Origin: Solirubrobacterales bacterium
Lineage (GTDB): Bacteria > Actinomycetota > Thermoleophilia > Solirubrobacterales > 70-9
Assembly (NCBI GenBank): GCA_035313645.1
Contig: DATGAF010000023.1
Coordinates: 40,625-72,624, forward strand
Reading direction: 5' to 3'
DNA: 32,000 bases
The notes beneath the pieces were generated by a model. That model ran no database searches. It saw nothing but the letters and a program-made list of their open reading frames with translations, and had not been told where the DNA came from. Of this stretch, positions 14,856-24,125 are shown in pieces. The number at the start of each line of letters is the position of its first letter. Within the stretch, counting starts at the first letter, position 1. The position numbers and the translations under genes are program-made.

Positions 14856-16235
14856 TCAGGAAGCCGCGACCGCGTGACCGCGCTCGCGCCAGGTGCCGAC
14901 GCCGCCCTGGCCGACGTGGATCACCTTCGCGAAGCCCGCGCGCTGCAGGAGCGAGGCGGCGAGCCCACTCCGCTTTCCGCCGCTGCACACGGCGGCGATC
15001 GTGCGATCCCGCGGCAGCTCGGCCAGCCGGTTCGGGAGCTCCCCATATGGCAGGTGGACGGATCCCGGGATGTGGCCGTCCGCGAACTCGTCGGTCTCAC
15101 GGACGTCGAGGACGATGATCTGATCGCCCGCCCCGAGTCGAGCGGCGAGGGCGTCGGGGTCGATCATCTCGATCCGCTCGACCTCCCGGCCCTCCGAGCG
15201 CCAGGCGGTCATCCCGCCCTCCAGGTATCCGCGCACCCGTAGGCCGACCGAGGCCAGGAGCTCGGCCGCCTCGAGCTCGTATGCATCGGATGCCGCGACC
15301 ACGATCACCTCGGTCTCGACGGCGGCGACGTGGCCGACCTTGGTGGCGAAGCCCGTTTCGTAGACCGAGGCGCTGATCGCGCCGGGGATGTGGGCCTCGT
15401 CGAACTGCTCGTTGGTCCGAGCGTCCACGACGATCGCGTCGTCGGCCAGCGCCGCTGTGACGCCGCGCGGGCTCAACGGGACCGGCGCGCCCAGCTCCTC
15501 GACCAGCGGGCCGCGGTTCAGGGAGACGATCCTCTCCGCGTGGGGCGGTCGCTGCCCGATCGATGCCAACGCGGCATCGACGAACGACTCGCGATCCTCG
15601 AGTTGGAGCGCCGGGTTCTGGAGCCGCTCCATGCCGATCGTGGAGGAGGTCCGGTTGTCGATCGCCGAGCTCCCGCACAGCGACCCGCCGAGATGCGCCG
15701 GCCACACCTCGACGTCGTCCGCGAGCGCGAGGAGGCGTTCGTGGAGCGAGTCGAAGATCTCCGCGGCGCCCGCGCGGGGCTCGATCGCCAGGTCGGGGCG
15801 GGCGACGTCCCCGACGAACAGCGAGTCGCCGGTCAAAGCGGCGAATGCTCGGCCCTCGCGCTCGGGATCGCGCAGCAGGAACGAGGTGTGCTCCGGTCGG
15901 TGACCCGGCGTGTGTACCGCCTCGACCTCGAGGCGCCCGAGCGCGAGTCGCCAGCCGTCCTCAAAGGGCTCGTGGGGATAGCCGGCATCGGCCAGCTCGT
16001 GGATGTGGATCGTCGCCCCCGTGGCTCCCGCCAGTCGGCCGTGCCCGGAAACGTGGTCGGCGTGGTTGTGGGTCTCGAGCACGTGCTCGATCCGCACCCC
16101 GTGCAGGCGGCTCAGCCTGAGGTAGGGACCGATCTCCCACTGGGGGTCGACAACGGCGGCCACCCCGGCCCGCTCGTCGCCCACCAGATACGAGGCGCAA
16201 CCCAGGTCCTCGTGAATGACCTGTCGAAACAGCAC
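14856..16235 (-). CDS. MBL-fold persulfide dioxygenase fused to two rhodanese domains (CstB-like)
   Basis: Metallo-beta-lactamase motif 'ETHNHADHVSG'. Also 'HTPGHRPEH' and 'GDSLFVGDVARPDL'. A central rhodanese-like domain lacks the active Cys. The C-terminal rhodanese has the active-site loop 'AAVCSGGKRSG'. GTG start 13 nt after the upstream gene's stop. Confidence 0.88.
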   Translation of the reverse strand: MLFRQVIHEDLGCASYLVGDERAGVAAVVDPQWEIGPYLRLSRLHGVRIEHVLETHNHADHVSGHGRLAGATGATIHIHELADAGYPHEPFEDGWRLALGRLEVEAVHTPGHRPEHTSFLLRDPEREGRAFAALTGDSLFVGDVARPDLAIEPRAGAAEIFDSLHERLLALADDVEVWPAHLGGSLCGSSAIDNRTSSTIGMERLQNPALQLEDRESFVDAALASIGQRPPHAERIVSLNRGPLVEELGAPVPLSPRGVTAALADDAIVVDARTNEQFDEAHIPGAISASVYETGFATKVGHVAAVETEVIVVAASDAYELEAAELLASVGLRVRGYLEGGMTAWRSEGREVERIEMIDPDALAARLGAGDQIIVLDVRETDEFADGHIPGSVHLPYGELPNRLAELPRDRTIAAVCSGGKRSGLAASLLQRAGFAKVIHVGQGGVGTWRERGHAVAAS

Positions 16236-16248
16236 CGGGGGATTGTTA

Positions 16249-16830
16249 CTACCAGTCGCGGGGGTTGCCCGCCGGGATCTCGTCGTGCACCAGCACGGCC
16301 TCGATCACCTCGACCGGATACGGCCCGGTGGTCGCGTGAAAGAGATCGAGCTCGCCGGGACCGAGGGCGTCGAAGGCGGCCTCGACGGCGCGTGCGTACG
16401 GGGCGAGGATCACCGCGCCGGCGGGGGGGCGGGGCGCGAAGTTCTCGGTTTTGGCGGTGAACGTCACCACTCGCTCGTAGGGGTGGGAATCGGCGGTCGC
16501 CACCTCGTCGCTCACCTCCACCCGGTCATAGCGCAGCTCGCGGCGGCCGAGGCGCTCGAGCTCCTCCTCGGTGACCTCGACCAGAACGCCGTTCGGAGCC
16601 GGGCCCGCGGCGCGCTCCAGGTTCAGCCCGAGGCAGAACGGGGGGAGCGTCCCGTCCTCGGGACGGGCGAAGGTCTTCTCGAGGGCGAGGTTGTCGCGCA
16701 CGGTGGACCATCGGCGACGCCATCCGGGCAGTCGAGCGGCGGCCGCGTGCTCGACCGGCCTTCCGAGCGTCCGCTCGGCGCTTGCGAGGCTGGCCAGGGA
16801 GCCGTAGGCGAAGATCGCGAGGCGCGCCAT
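16249..16830 (-). CDS. Gamma-glutamylcyclotransferase-fold protein (ChaC/AIG2-like)
   Basis: N-terminal 'IFAYGSL' (the YGSL motif of the GGCT fold) and 'LGRRELRYDRVEV' (RE...Y motif as in ChaC). The ATG at 16830 lies 2 nt after the addA stop. The longer track ORF (to 17436) is antisense-type low complexity that overlaps addA. Confidence 0.65.
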   Translation of the reverse strand: MARLAIFAYGSLASLASAERTLGRPVEHAAAARLPGWRRRWSTVRDNLALEKTFARPEDGTLPPFCLGLNLERAAGPAPNGVLVEVTEEELERLGRRELRYDRVEVSDEVATADSHPYERVVTFTAKTENFAPRPPAGAVILAPYARAVEAAFDALGPGELDLFHATTGPYPVEVIEAVLVHDEIPAGNPRDW

Positions 16831-16832
16831 CG

Positions 16833-19800
16833 CTAGGCGAGTCGGCGCCCCGTCAGCTCCGGAGGATGCGAGCACAAACGCGCCCGCGCGGGGCAATCCC
16901 AGCACAGCGCCGCGTGAGGGCGCGATGTCACCGCGAAGTCGGCGCCCGCGATGCCTTCGATCAGCGCCTCCAGCTCGCGCGCTGCCCGTTCGAGCTCCTC
17001 CGCCCCCAACTCGAGCTCGACCCGCTCCTCGGCGCGTTCGAGGAAGACGTACGCGGTGCGGACCCGCCGCGCATCCCCGGCTGCGGCCAGAGCGTAGATC
17101 TGGCGCTGGACCCCGTATCGATCGGTGAGCTCCTCGAGCGAGGAGCCGCCGAGCGCGTCCGTCTTGTAATCGACGACCAGGGGCGTTTCCCCGGGGACCA
17201 GGAGGTCCATCGTCCCGCGGATGACGGACCCGCCCAGCGGAAGGACGAACGGCACCTCGGGCCGGGGACGACCGGCCGGTTTCCGCAGCTCGGCGCAGAG
17301 CTCCGACCCGAGCCAGCTCGAGATCATCGCCCTGGCGCGGTCGAGCTCGGCGTCGGTTCCCTCGAGGCGCTCCCGGCGCAGGAGCTCGCGGCACAGCTCC
17401 GGCGCCGGCTCGGACCAGCCGTGCCGCGCACTCCACTCGAGCATCGCGTGCACGGCGTTCCCGAACCCGAACCGACCGGTCGCCTTCGCGGCGTCCCCGT
17501 CCGGCGCCTCGGACGCCGGCAGGCCGACGATGCGCTCAGCGAAGAACCGGTACCCGCAGCGACTGAAGGTGGCGAGCGCAGAGTAGGAGAGGTGCTTGGC
17601 CGCCGGCTCTGGCAGGCCGGCCGGTCGAGCCAGCGGGGGCGGTGAGAGCGCCGGCAGGCGCGCCTCCTCGATCGGCTCCGCCGAGCCGCGGAGCGCGCCG
17701 AAGGCCGTCGGCTCGGGACGGTTGAAGCGCACCGCCAGGCGGCCCGGGCCCAGGTCCGCCTCGAGGCCTGGTCGCGGCGATGGCGCGGGCAGCTCGATGT
17801 CGGTGTCCTCGCCGTCCGCGATGCCCATCTGCCGCATCAGCCTCTCGGTGATCGGGGTGCTTGGCCTCAGCCCCCGCTCGAGAGGCTTCGCGAGGCGCGG
17901 GGGGCTGTAGCGGCCGCTGAGGATGAGGCGATCCTGTGCCCTGGTGGCGGCGACGTATGCGAGGCGGCACGCCTCCGAGGCCTCGTCCTCCGCGGCCTTC
18001 TCGAGCATCTCGTCGTAGCCGAAGACGCCGATCGCGGTTGTCCCGAACCTGGCCAGCCGGATGCCCACGCGCGGGGGAGCGGGCTCGTCCGCGGCTTCGC
18101 CGTTCGATGCCTCCCCGACCGCCACCGCAGGTGCCCTGCCTCCCACGAGGAGGTCACGCCCCAGGTCGCCCACCGCGACCACGGGGAACTCGAGCCCCTT
18201 CGCGGCGTGGACCGTCATCACCCGCACCCCGTCGTGGTCCTCCGCCTCGGTCGCGGCCTCGCCCTCGCGATCGCCCCCGGAGCGCTCGGTTAGGAAGTCG
18301 AGGAACCCGCGCAGGTCGCGTCCCTCCGTCGCCTCGTACTCACGGGCGAGGCGCATCAGCTTCCGCACGTTCGCGTAGCGCCGCACCCCACGCGATCTCA
18401 TCAGGGTGGACAGGTCGTATCCGAACGACTTCACGACGCGGTCGACGAGCTCGTCGAGACCGATCGTCATCGCCTCGGCGCGAAGCACGGCGAGCCGGGC
18501 GCAGAGCTCGCGCAGGAGGGCGACATCCTCGGCGGGGATCGCGGCCAGGTCGTCCTCGGTCTCGTCGTCGCCGTCCGTCCCGTCGGGGGGATCGCCGCGA
18601 GCGAAGCGGCGCTCGACCACCGGCCACAGGTGGCGTCCGCGACCCGCGGCCCGGCGCAGAAGCCACAGCGTGTCGGGGCGCACGCCCACCGCGGGCGAGG
18701 CGAGGCCGCCGAGCAGGCACTCGTCGTCGAGCGGGTTTGCGACCAGGCCGAGCAGGCGCCGGACGTCCTCCACCTGCTGTTGGGACCAGTAGCCGCGCCC
18801 TCCGACCACGTAGGGCCGAAGGCCGGCGCGCTCGAGCTCCTCCTCGAACGCAGCGACGTGCGTGTACGCGCGCAGGAGGACGACGATGTCGCTGCGCTTC
18901 ACCCCGTTCGCGGCCAGGTCGCGCAGGCGGGCGGCGAGGAAGCGGGCCTCGGCGATCCTGTCCGGAGCCGAGGGGTAATCGCCGGAGATGCGGATTCCGA
19001 GCGCTTGGTCCTGCCACTCACTCCCGGCCGGCGTCAGGAGCAGCTCCACCGGGGGCTCACCCGGGGCCGCGGCCTCCGGGCGCGGCTCGCCGACAGTGAG
19101 CGGCGAGAACCCCTCGAGGATCGCCTCGCCGATCGCGTTCACGGCCGCGATCAAGCCCGGGGTGGCGCGGAAGTTGCCGCTCAGCGGCATCACCTGGGCC
19201 GCGGAGTCCGGGAGCGAAGCGAGGCGCCCGCGCGCGCGCCGGAAGACCTCGACGTCGGCGTGACGGAACCCGTAGATCGATTGGAACTCGTCTCCCACGA
19301 AGAAGACGGAGGTCCTGTGGCCGCGAAGCAGCTCGACGAGGTCGGCCTGGAGCCGGTTGGTGTCCTGGAACTCGTCGACCATCACGTGGCGAAGGCGCGA
19401 GCGGTAGACCTCGGCGATCGCCCGATGGTCGCGGAGAAGCCGCCGGGCCTCGAGCTGGAGGTCCTCGAAGTCAAGGCCCGATCGCTCCTCCTTGAGCTCC
19501 CCGTAGCGCCGCGCGTAGAGCTCGAGAAGCTCCGCGATGTGGCGGTAGTGGGCCACCGCGGCACGCTCGGCGAGCGCGGCGCGCGCGGCCTTCCAGGCCT
19601 CTCGGTACTTCTCGCACGCGGGACCGCTGAACGCCTTCGCCCCCGAGCCGAGCTCCAGGCCCGCGATCTCCTCCTCGGTCACCTCGCCCTCCAGGTCCAG
19701 GCTCGCGGCGCTCGCCAGGACGTCGAGCTTCCTGGCGCTCCCCCGCCCGTCGCGGGTCTCCTCGCAGGCCGCGCGGGCGGCCGCGACGAGCCCGGCGATC

Positions 19801-20474
19801 GCCCCGGCGGGGTCGGGATCGGGGGGCTCGGGCAGGCGGGGCTCGCGGCCCTGGCTTCGAAGCTCGTCGTGGGCGGTTCGGGCGAGGTCGCGGAGGTCGT
19901 TCACCCGCATCGCGGCCACGAGCTCCGCCCTGGCGGGGTCGCCGTTTGACAGGAGGCCCTCCAGCGCCTCCTCGAAGGCGCGCGTCGCGATCCGGTCCGC
20001 CTCGCCCTCGTCGAGAACGCGAAAGCGCGGATCGAGGCCGACGGCCACGGGATGGGCCGCGAGGAGCCGCCGGCAGAACCCGTGGATCGTCGAGATCCAG
20101 GCACGCTCTCCGTCGCGCGCCAGCCCTTCGAGCCTCTCGGCGCGCTCCGCGTCGCCCGCGCCGCGCGCCTCCTCCGCCCGGCGTCCCAGCTCGGTCCGGA
20201 TCCGGTGCCGCAGCTCGGCCGCCGCGCGTTCGGTGAAGGTGAAGGCCACGATCGCGTCGACCCCGTCCTCCTCGGCCTCCGCTGCGGCGCAGTAGCGCTC
20301 GACGAGCACCCGTGTCTTACCTGTTCCGGCGCCCGCCTCCAGCAGGACGTCGCGGTCCCGCGCTCCGATCGCCCGCCGTTGCTCAGGCGTCTGCGCGGGC
20401 GGGGGCGCGGGTCCGTCGCGATCGGGCGCGAGCGCGACGGAGTCGCCGTCCAGACTGAGCTGCTCGCCGCTCAT
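16833..20474 (-). CDS. addA: ATP-dependent helicase/nuclease subunit A (UvrD/Rep superfamily-1 motor plus C-terminal PD-(D/E)XK nuclease); AddA/AdnB-like
   Basis: Walker A 'EAGAGTGKTRV'. Motif II 'VDEFQDTN'. Motif III 'VGDEFQSIYGFRHAD'. Also 'MTVHAAKGLEFPVV' and 'YVAATRAQDRLILSG'. Nuclease 'GTMDLLV...VVDYKTD'. C-terminal 'CWDCPARARLC'. Its ATG overlaps the addB stop (ATGA). Confidence 0.9.
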   Translation of the reverse strand: MSGEQLSLDGDSVALAPDRDGPAPPPAQTPEQRRAIGARDRDVLLEAGAGTGKTRVLVERYCAAAEAEEDGVDAIVAFTFTERAAAELRHRIRTELGRRAEEARGAGDAERAERLEGLARDGERAWISTIHGFCRRLLAAHPVAVGLDPRFRVLDEGEADRIATRAFEEALEGLLSNGDPARAELVAAMRVNDLRDLARTAHDELRSQGREPRLPEPPDPDPAGAIAGLVAAARAACEETRDGRGSARKLDVLASAASLDLEGEVTEEEIAGLELGSGAKAFSGPACEKYREAWKAARAALAERAAVAHYRHIAELLELYARRYGELKEERSGLDFEDLQLEARRLLRDHRAIAEVYRSRLRHVMVDEFQDTNRLQADLVELLRGHRTSVFFVGDEFQSIYGFRHADVEVFRRARGRLASLPDSAAQVMPLSGNFRATPGLIAAVNAIGEAILEGFSPLTVGEPRPEAAAPGEPPVELLLTPAGSEWQDQALGIRISGDYPSAPDRIAEARFLAARLRDLAANGVKRSDIVVLLRAYTHVAAFEEELERAGLRPYVVGGRGYWSQQQVEDVRRLLGLVANPLDDECLLGGLASPAVGVRPDTLWLLRRAAGRGRHLWPVVERRFARGDPPDGTDGDDETEDDLAAIPAEDVALLRELCARLAVLRAEAMTIGLDELVDRVVKSFGYDLSTLMRSRGVRRYANVRKLMRLAREYEATEGRDLRGFLDFLTERSGGDREGEAATEAEDHDGVRVMTVHAAKGLEFPVVAVGDLGRDLLVGGRAPAVAVGEASNGEAADEPAPPRVGIRLARFGTTAIGVFGYDEMLEKAAEDEASEACRLAYVAATRAQDRLILSGRYSPPRLAKPLERGLRPSTPITERLMRQMGIADGEDTDIELPAPSPRPGLEADLGPGRLAVRFNRPEPTAFGALRGSAEPIEEARLPALSPPPLARPAGLPEPAAKHLSYSALATFSRCGYRFFAERIVGLPASEAPDGDAAKATGRFGFGNAVHAMLEWSARHGWSEPAPELCRELLRRERLEGTDAELDRARAMISSWLGSELCAELRKPAGRPRPEVPFVLPLGGSVIRGTMDLLVPGETPLVVDYKTDALGGSSLEELTDRYGVQRQIYALAAAGDARRVRTAYVFLERAEERVELELGAEELERAARELEALIEGIAGADFAVTSRPHAALCWDCPARARLCSHPPELTGRRLA

Positions 20475-23400
20475 TCCTCCTCCTCGTCGGCCTCGAGCGG
20501 GTCGGGCTCCTGCCGGGCGGACCGCTCACGCCGGCAGATCGCCTGGAAGGTGCAGTAGCGGGGGCAGCTGTCGTCGATCGGGTCGCGGTCGATCCTGCCC
20601 TCGCGCATGGAGGCGACGATCTCGCCCGCTCGCTCGGCCGCGCGCTCGAGCGCCGCCCGGAAATCGTCCTCCGGAACGAGGTCGCTGCCGTAGAGGTCGA
20701 GGTTTGCGAGGAGGCCATCCGACTCCTCGGCGACTGCGATCCCGCGCATGCGGTGACTCTTCGTCCCCGCCAGCGGCTGGTAGAGCCCGCCGAGCGCTCG
20801 CCGCTTCCACAGGCGATCCAGAGCGAGCGCGTAGAGCTGCGGCTGGAGCTTTCCCTCCTTCTCGAGCTTGGCTCTGCTGGTCACCTCGCGAGAGACCTTG
20901 TAGTCGCGGACCAGCCCGGCCGCGTTGTCTTCGGCCGGCACGTCGATCCGGTCGATCTTTCCGTGGAGGCGGAACCCGTTGAGCTCGAGGGCCGGGCGGT
21001 CGTCCTCCTCGCCGTCCCCGAAGCTCGCCTCGAGCAGCGCGGGGTCGGGCCGCAGGGACGGGGAGGCAACGGCCTCGCGGCCGAGGTGCCCGCCGATCAG
21101 GGCGGTCATCCGCGCCCGCGCGGTCAGCGAGCGGGCGTCGGCGCCGCCCAGATCGTGCTCGGCGGCGCGGGCCGCGATCAGCTCGGCGGCTCGCCGGCGC
21201 CAGGCCCCGAGTGTGTCGGGGCGCGGCAACGGCCCGCCCGCGGGCGGGTCACGGTAGAGGTTCTCCAGCACCCAGTGGATCACGGCCCCCTGGGCCAACC
21301 CGTCGGGCTCGGGCGCCAGGGTCTCGGCCCTCAGCTCGTGCTGGACGAACCACCGGTAGGAGCACACCGCGTACTCCTCGAGGGTGGAGGCGCCGAAGAG
21401 CTCGCGGGCGCGGAGCTCGTCCAGCACCGCGGGAACGCTCAGCGGCCCCGGCTCGAGGCGCCGCCTCGCCACCGCGCGCGCGGCCCTGTGCAGGCGCTCG
21501 CCGAGCCTTTGCGCCTGGGCATCGGGAAGGCCGAGCTCGGCCGGGATACTCTCGCCCTCGGTGTCGCGCGCCTCGACCGCCAGCGAGCGGGCGAGCTCGT
21601 CCATGGTGGGCGCCTCCGCGGTCGCATACACGACGTCGCCGAGGCGCCGGCGTCGCACCAGGTGGTCGAGCGGATCGGGATCGCCGCTCGGCGGAGGGGG
21701 CGCCAAGAGGTCGCGGACGTCGTCGAGGAAGGGCGATCGTGGCTCCTCGGCCCCCTCGTCGTTGCAGCTTCGCCAGCAGAGATAGAGGCGCCGGGTGGGG
21801 CGGGAGAGGCAGACGTGGAAGAGATAGCGCTCCTCCTCGTCGACGTCCGCGCGCCCGGGCATTCCCAGCGCCGCCCTCTGCTCGTCGGCGAGGAACGGCG
21901 CGCCGGGGTCGTGGCGCGGGAACTCGCCCTCCTGGAGGGAGGCGACGAAGAGGTGAGCGACGCGGCCGGCACGGATCCGGTACGGGCTCGTGACCCGCAC
22001 ATGGCCGTCTGTGGGGCCGCGCCAAAGCGGCACCTCGATCTCCTCGAGGGTCGACGTCGCCTCGCGCGCGGCCTCCTCGACGCCGGAGAGCTCGGCGACC
22101 GCCTCGAGTGCCTCCGCGGCGAGCGCCGCCGCGCGGAGCTCGAGCCGATGCCGGGGGTCGGGCACGGGAGCGTCGCGCTCGTGGGGGCGCTCCGCGATCC
22201 GCCGGGCCAGGCGCGCGGCGGTGTAGAGGTACTCCGAGCTGGCCCGCGCCCCCGCCAGGTCCTCGAGCTCGAACAGCGCGCGGCCGTTCCAGGCTTCGAG
22301 GGCCTCGGAGGCGGTGCGGAGGGCGCGGCGACGGATCGAGCGCTCGAGCCAGTCGGCGTCCCCGGAGGAGGCCACCCCCGGAGTGCGGACGAAGGCGAGC
22401 ACGTCCTCGGCGCTCATCGAGCCCGTGGCGGCGCGAAGCAGCGCCAGGAGCCCCCGCCCGACCGCGGTGCCGGCGAGCGGGACGTCGGCCTCCACCGCCA
22501 CGGGGATCGCGAGATCGGTCAGGACCGCCTCGTAGAGGCGCGAGTAGCGATCGGGCGTGCGGAGCACGACGGCGATGTCGTCCGGCTCGACCCCGGCCGC
22601 GACCAGACGCGCGATCTCGCCCCCGATCTGCTCGGCCTGGCCGCGCTCGCCGGCGGCCTCCATCAGCACGAGTCCGTCGTCCGGCTCGAGCCTGTCGGCG
22701 CGATCGCGAAGGAAGGAGCGCTCGAGGTGATGGAGGACCTCGCTCTCGGTGTTCGAGGGGTTGGGCTCGAGCGGGCTCCCGGCAAGCCCGCCGCGCTCGG
22801 CCAGCTCCTGGTGGAGCCGCGCCCTGGCGGTAAGCGCGGCGCGGTCCTCGTAGGCAACCGAGACCGTGACCTCCGTCGCGTCCGCCAGCGTCGCGATCAG
22901 CTCGAGCTGCTCGACCGTGAGGTCGTCGAACCCGTAGACGAACACCGGGCGACCCGCCCACGCCGCGGGGTCTGCCTGGAGCGCGGCCATTGCGCGATCG
23001 GCGACCAGGTGATCGTCGCCGTATCCGAGGGCGTCGCGAGTCGCGGCGTACTCCCGGTACAGGGCCGCGAGCTCGCCGAGATATGGAGGATCGGGGCCGG
23101 CGGCCGCGGCGTTGGCCGCGAGCGTGGGGGGATCGAGGAGCGCCGCCTGTGCCTCGCCGATCAGCGCCGCCAGGGCGGGGGCGAAGCCGGGCCGGACCGA
23201 CGACCGGGCGAGCGTTCGAGGTCGGGCCCGCTCAACCGCGCGCCGCACCACATGAAGGCGCTGGTGCTCGGTCAGCGAGGGCGGCACGACCCTGCCAGTC
23301 GCCTGGGCGACGTCCTCGAACAGGCGCCCGAAGGTCCGAATCGAGACGCCGAGCACCGCGCGCCCGTTGCCCGCCGCGCAGAGCTCGCGCTCGACGCGAT

Positions 23401-23521
23401 CGGCGTCGTCGAGCCTCGGCACGACGAGTACGGGATCGCGCTCGAGCTGCGCTTCCAAGAGCGCCAGGATCTCCCCTGCCTTACCCGAGTTCGGCGGTCC
23501 GACGATCAGCGAAAGAGCCAT
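20471..23521 (-). CDS. addB: Helicase/nuclease subunit B (AddB/RexB-like; degenerate P-loop, C-terminal Fe-S-stapled PD-(D/E)XK nuclease)
   Basis: N-terminal 'LIVGPPNSGKAG' (the P-loop has Ala in place of Ser/Thr). Nuclease 'GKIDRIDV...LVRDYKVS'. Cys ligand pattern 'YAVCSYRWF' plus 'CPRYCTFQAIC'. 1016 aa. It sits directly upstream of addA and is translationally coupled to it. Confidence 0.85.
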   Translation of the reverse strand: MALSLIVGPPNSGKAGEILALLEAQLERDPVLVVPRLDDADRVERELCAAGNGRAVLGVSIRTFGRLFEDVAQATGRVVPPSLTEHQRLHVVRRAVERARPRTLARSSVRPGFAPALAALIGEAQAALLDPPTLAANAAAAGPDPPYLGELAALYREYAATRDALGYGDDHLVADRAMAALQADPAAWAGRPVFVYGFDDLTVEQLELIATLADATEVTVSVAYEDRAALTARARLHQELAERGGLAGSPLEPNPSNTESEVLHHLERSFLRDRADRLEPDDGLVLMEAAGERGQAEQIGGEIARLVAAGVEPDDIAVVLRTPDRYSRLYEAVLTDLAIPVAVEADVPLAGTAVGRGLLALLRAATGSMSAEDVLAFVRTPGVASSGDADWLERSIRRRALRTASEALEAWNGRALFELEDLAGARASSEYLYTAARLARRIAERPHERDAPVPDPRHRLELRAAALAAEALEAVAELSGVEEAAREATSTLEEIEVPLWRGPTDGHVRVTSPYRIRAGRVAHLFVASLQEGEFPRHDPGAPFLADEQRAALGMPGRADVDEEERYLFHVCLSRPTRRLYLCWRSCNDEGAEEPRSPFLDDVRDLLAPPPPSGDPDPLDHLVRRRRLGDVVYATAEAPTMDELARSLAVEARDTEGESIPAELGLPDAQAQRLGERLHRAARAVARRRLEPGPLSVPAVLDELRARELFGASTLEEYAVCSYRWFVQHELRAETLAPEPDGLAQGAVIHWVLENLYRDPPAGGPLPRPDTLGAWRRRAAELIAARAAEHDLGGADARSLTARARMTALIGGHLGREAVASPSLRPDPALLEASFGDGEEDDRPALELNGFRLHGKIDRIDVPAEDNAAGLVRDYKVSREVTSRAKLEKEGKLQPQLYALALDRLWKRRALGGLYQPLAGTKSHRMRGIAVAEESDGLLANLDLYGSDLVPEDDFRAALERAAERAGEIVASMREGRIDRDPIDDSCPRYCTFQAICRRERSARQEPDPLEADEEEE

Positions 23522-23592
23522 GCGCTGTGAGCATAGGTCGGACCTCGGCGTGCGTCGATGACGTCCGGTTCCCGTTCTATCTTCGCCTCGTC

Positions 23593-24048
23593 ATGCCCCT
23601 CTGCTTCATCGACCCCGCGGACGCGATCCGGGCGATCGCCGACTCAGTCGGCCGCGAAGCCCGGCGCCAGCTTCTCGGCGAGGCCGTCCGTGCCTGGGTC
23701 GACGAGATCCCGGACGACGAGCTCGAGGCCCACTACGCGCGGGCGATCTCAGAGCTCGACGACCACGACATCTCGATGCTCGCCGCCTGGCACGCCTCGA
23801 TGGACGTCGGACACCCGGTGCCGAACCGGGACTTCCTCATGGGAGCGTTTCCCTCGCTTGGACACCAGCGCCGCGAGGCCCTGAAGCTCGCCGCCGGCTT
23901 CCGGGGCGAGGAGGCCGTGGACCGGGGGGTCACCGAGGAGCGCGCGCTCGAGACGGTGCTCGAATGGCTGTCCCCGCCGCGACAGATGGAGCTCGCGATG
24001 GAGGCCGTCGAGCTATACGTCTGGGACCGCGCCGGCTCCGACAACTAG
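23593..24048 (+). CDS. Hypothetical acidic protein (151 aa), no family recognised
   Basis: The frame has high GC3 and a non-low-complexity translation ('MPLCFIDPADAIRAIADSVGREARRQLLGEAVRAWVDEIPDDELEAHYARAISELDD...'). The ATG at 23593 is the first start outside the addB coding region. It is divergent from addB, 71 bp away. Confidence 0.55.
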   Translation: MPLCFIDPADAIRAIADSVGREARRQLLGEAVRAWVDEIPDDELEAHYARAISELDDHDISMLAAWHASMDVGHPVPNRDFLMGAFPSLGHQRREALKLAAGFRGEEAVDRGVTEERALETVLEWLSPPRQMELAMEAVELYVWDRAGSDN

Positions 24049-24125
24049 GGCCAGGCGCCGAACTCTGGCGCCTCGCGTCCACCCCTCGGGCGCAGCGAGC
24101 CAAAGTTCGGCGATCAAACCGGGCC

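Noticed and set aside
20753-23530. A 925-aa plus-strand ORF antisense to addB. Other long ORFs over addA/addB are 17936..19099 (+), 18630..19949 (+), 21249..22961 (-) and 21211..21993 (+).
   Set aside because: Same reasoning as above. AddA and AddB carry complete helicase and nuclease motif sets in their own frames, and the shadow ORFs are compositionally biased junk.
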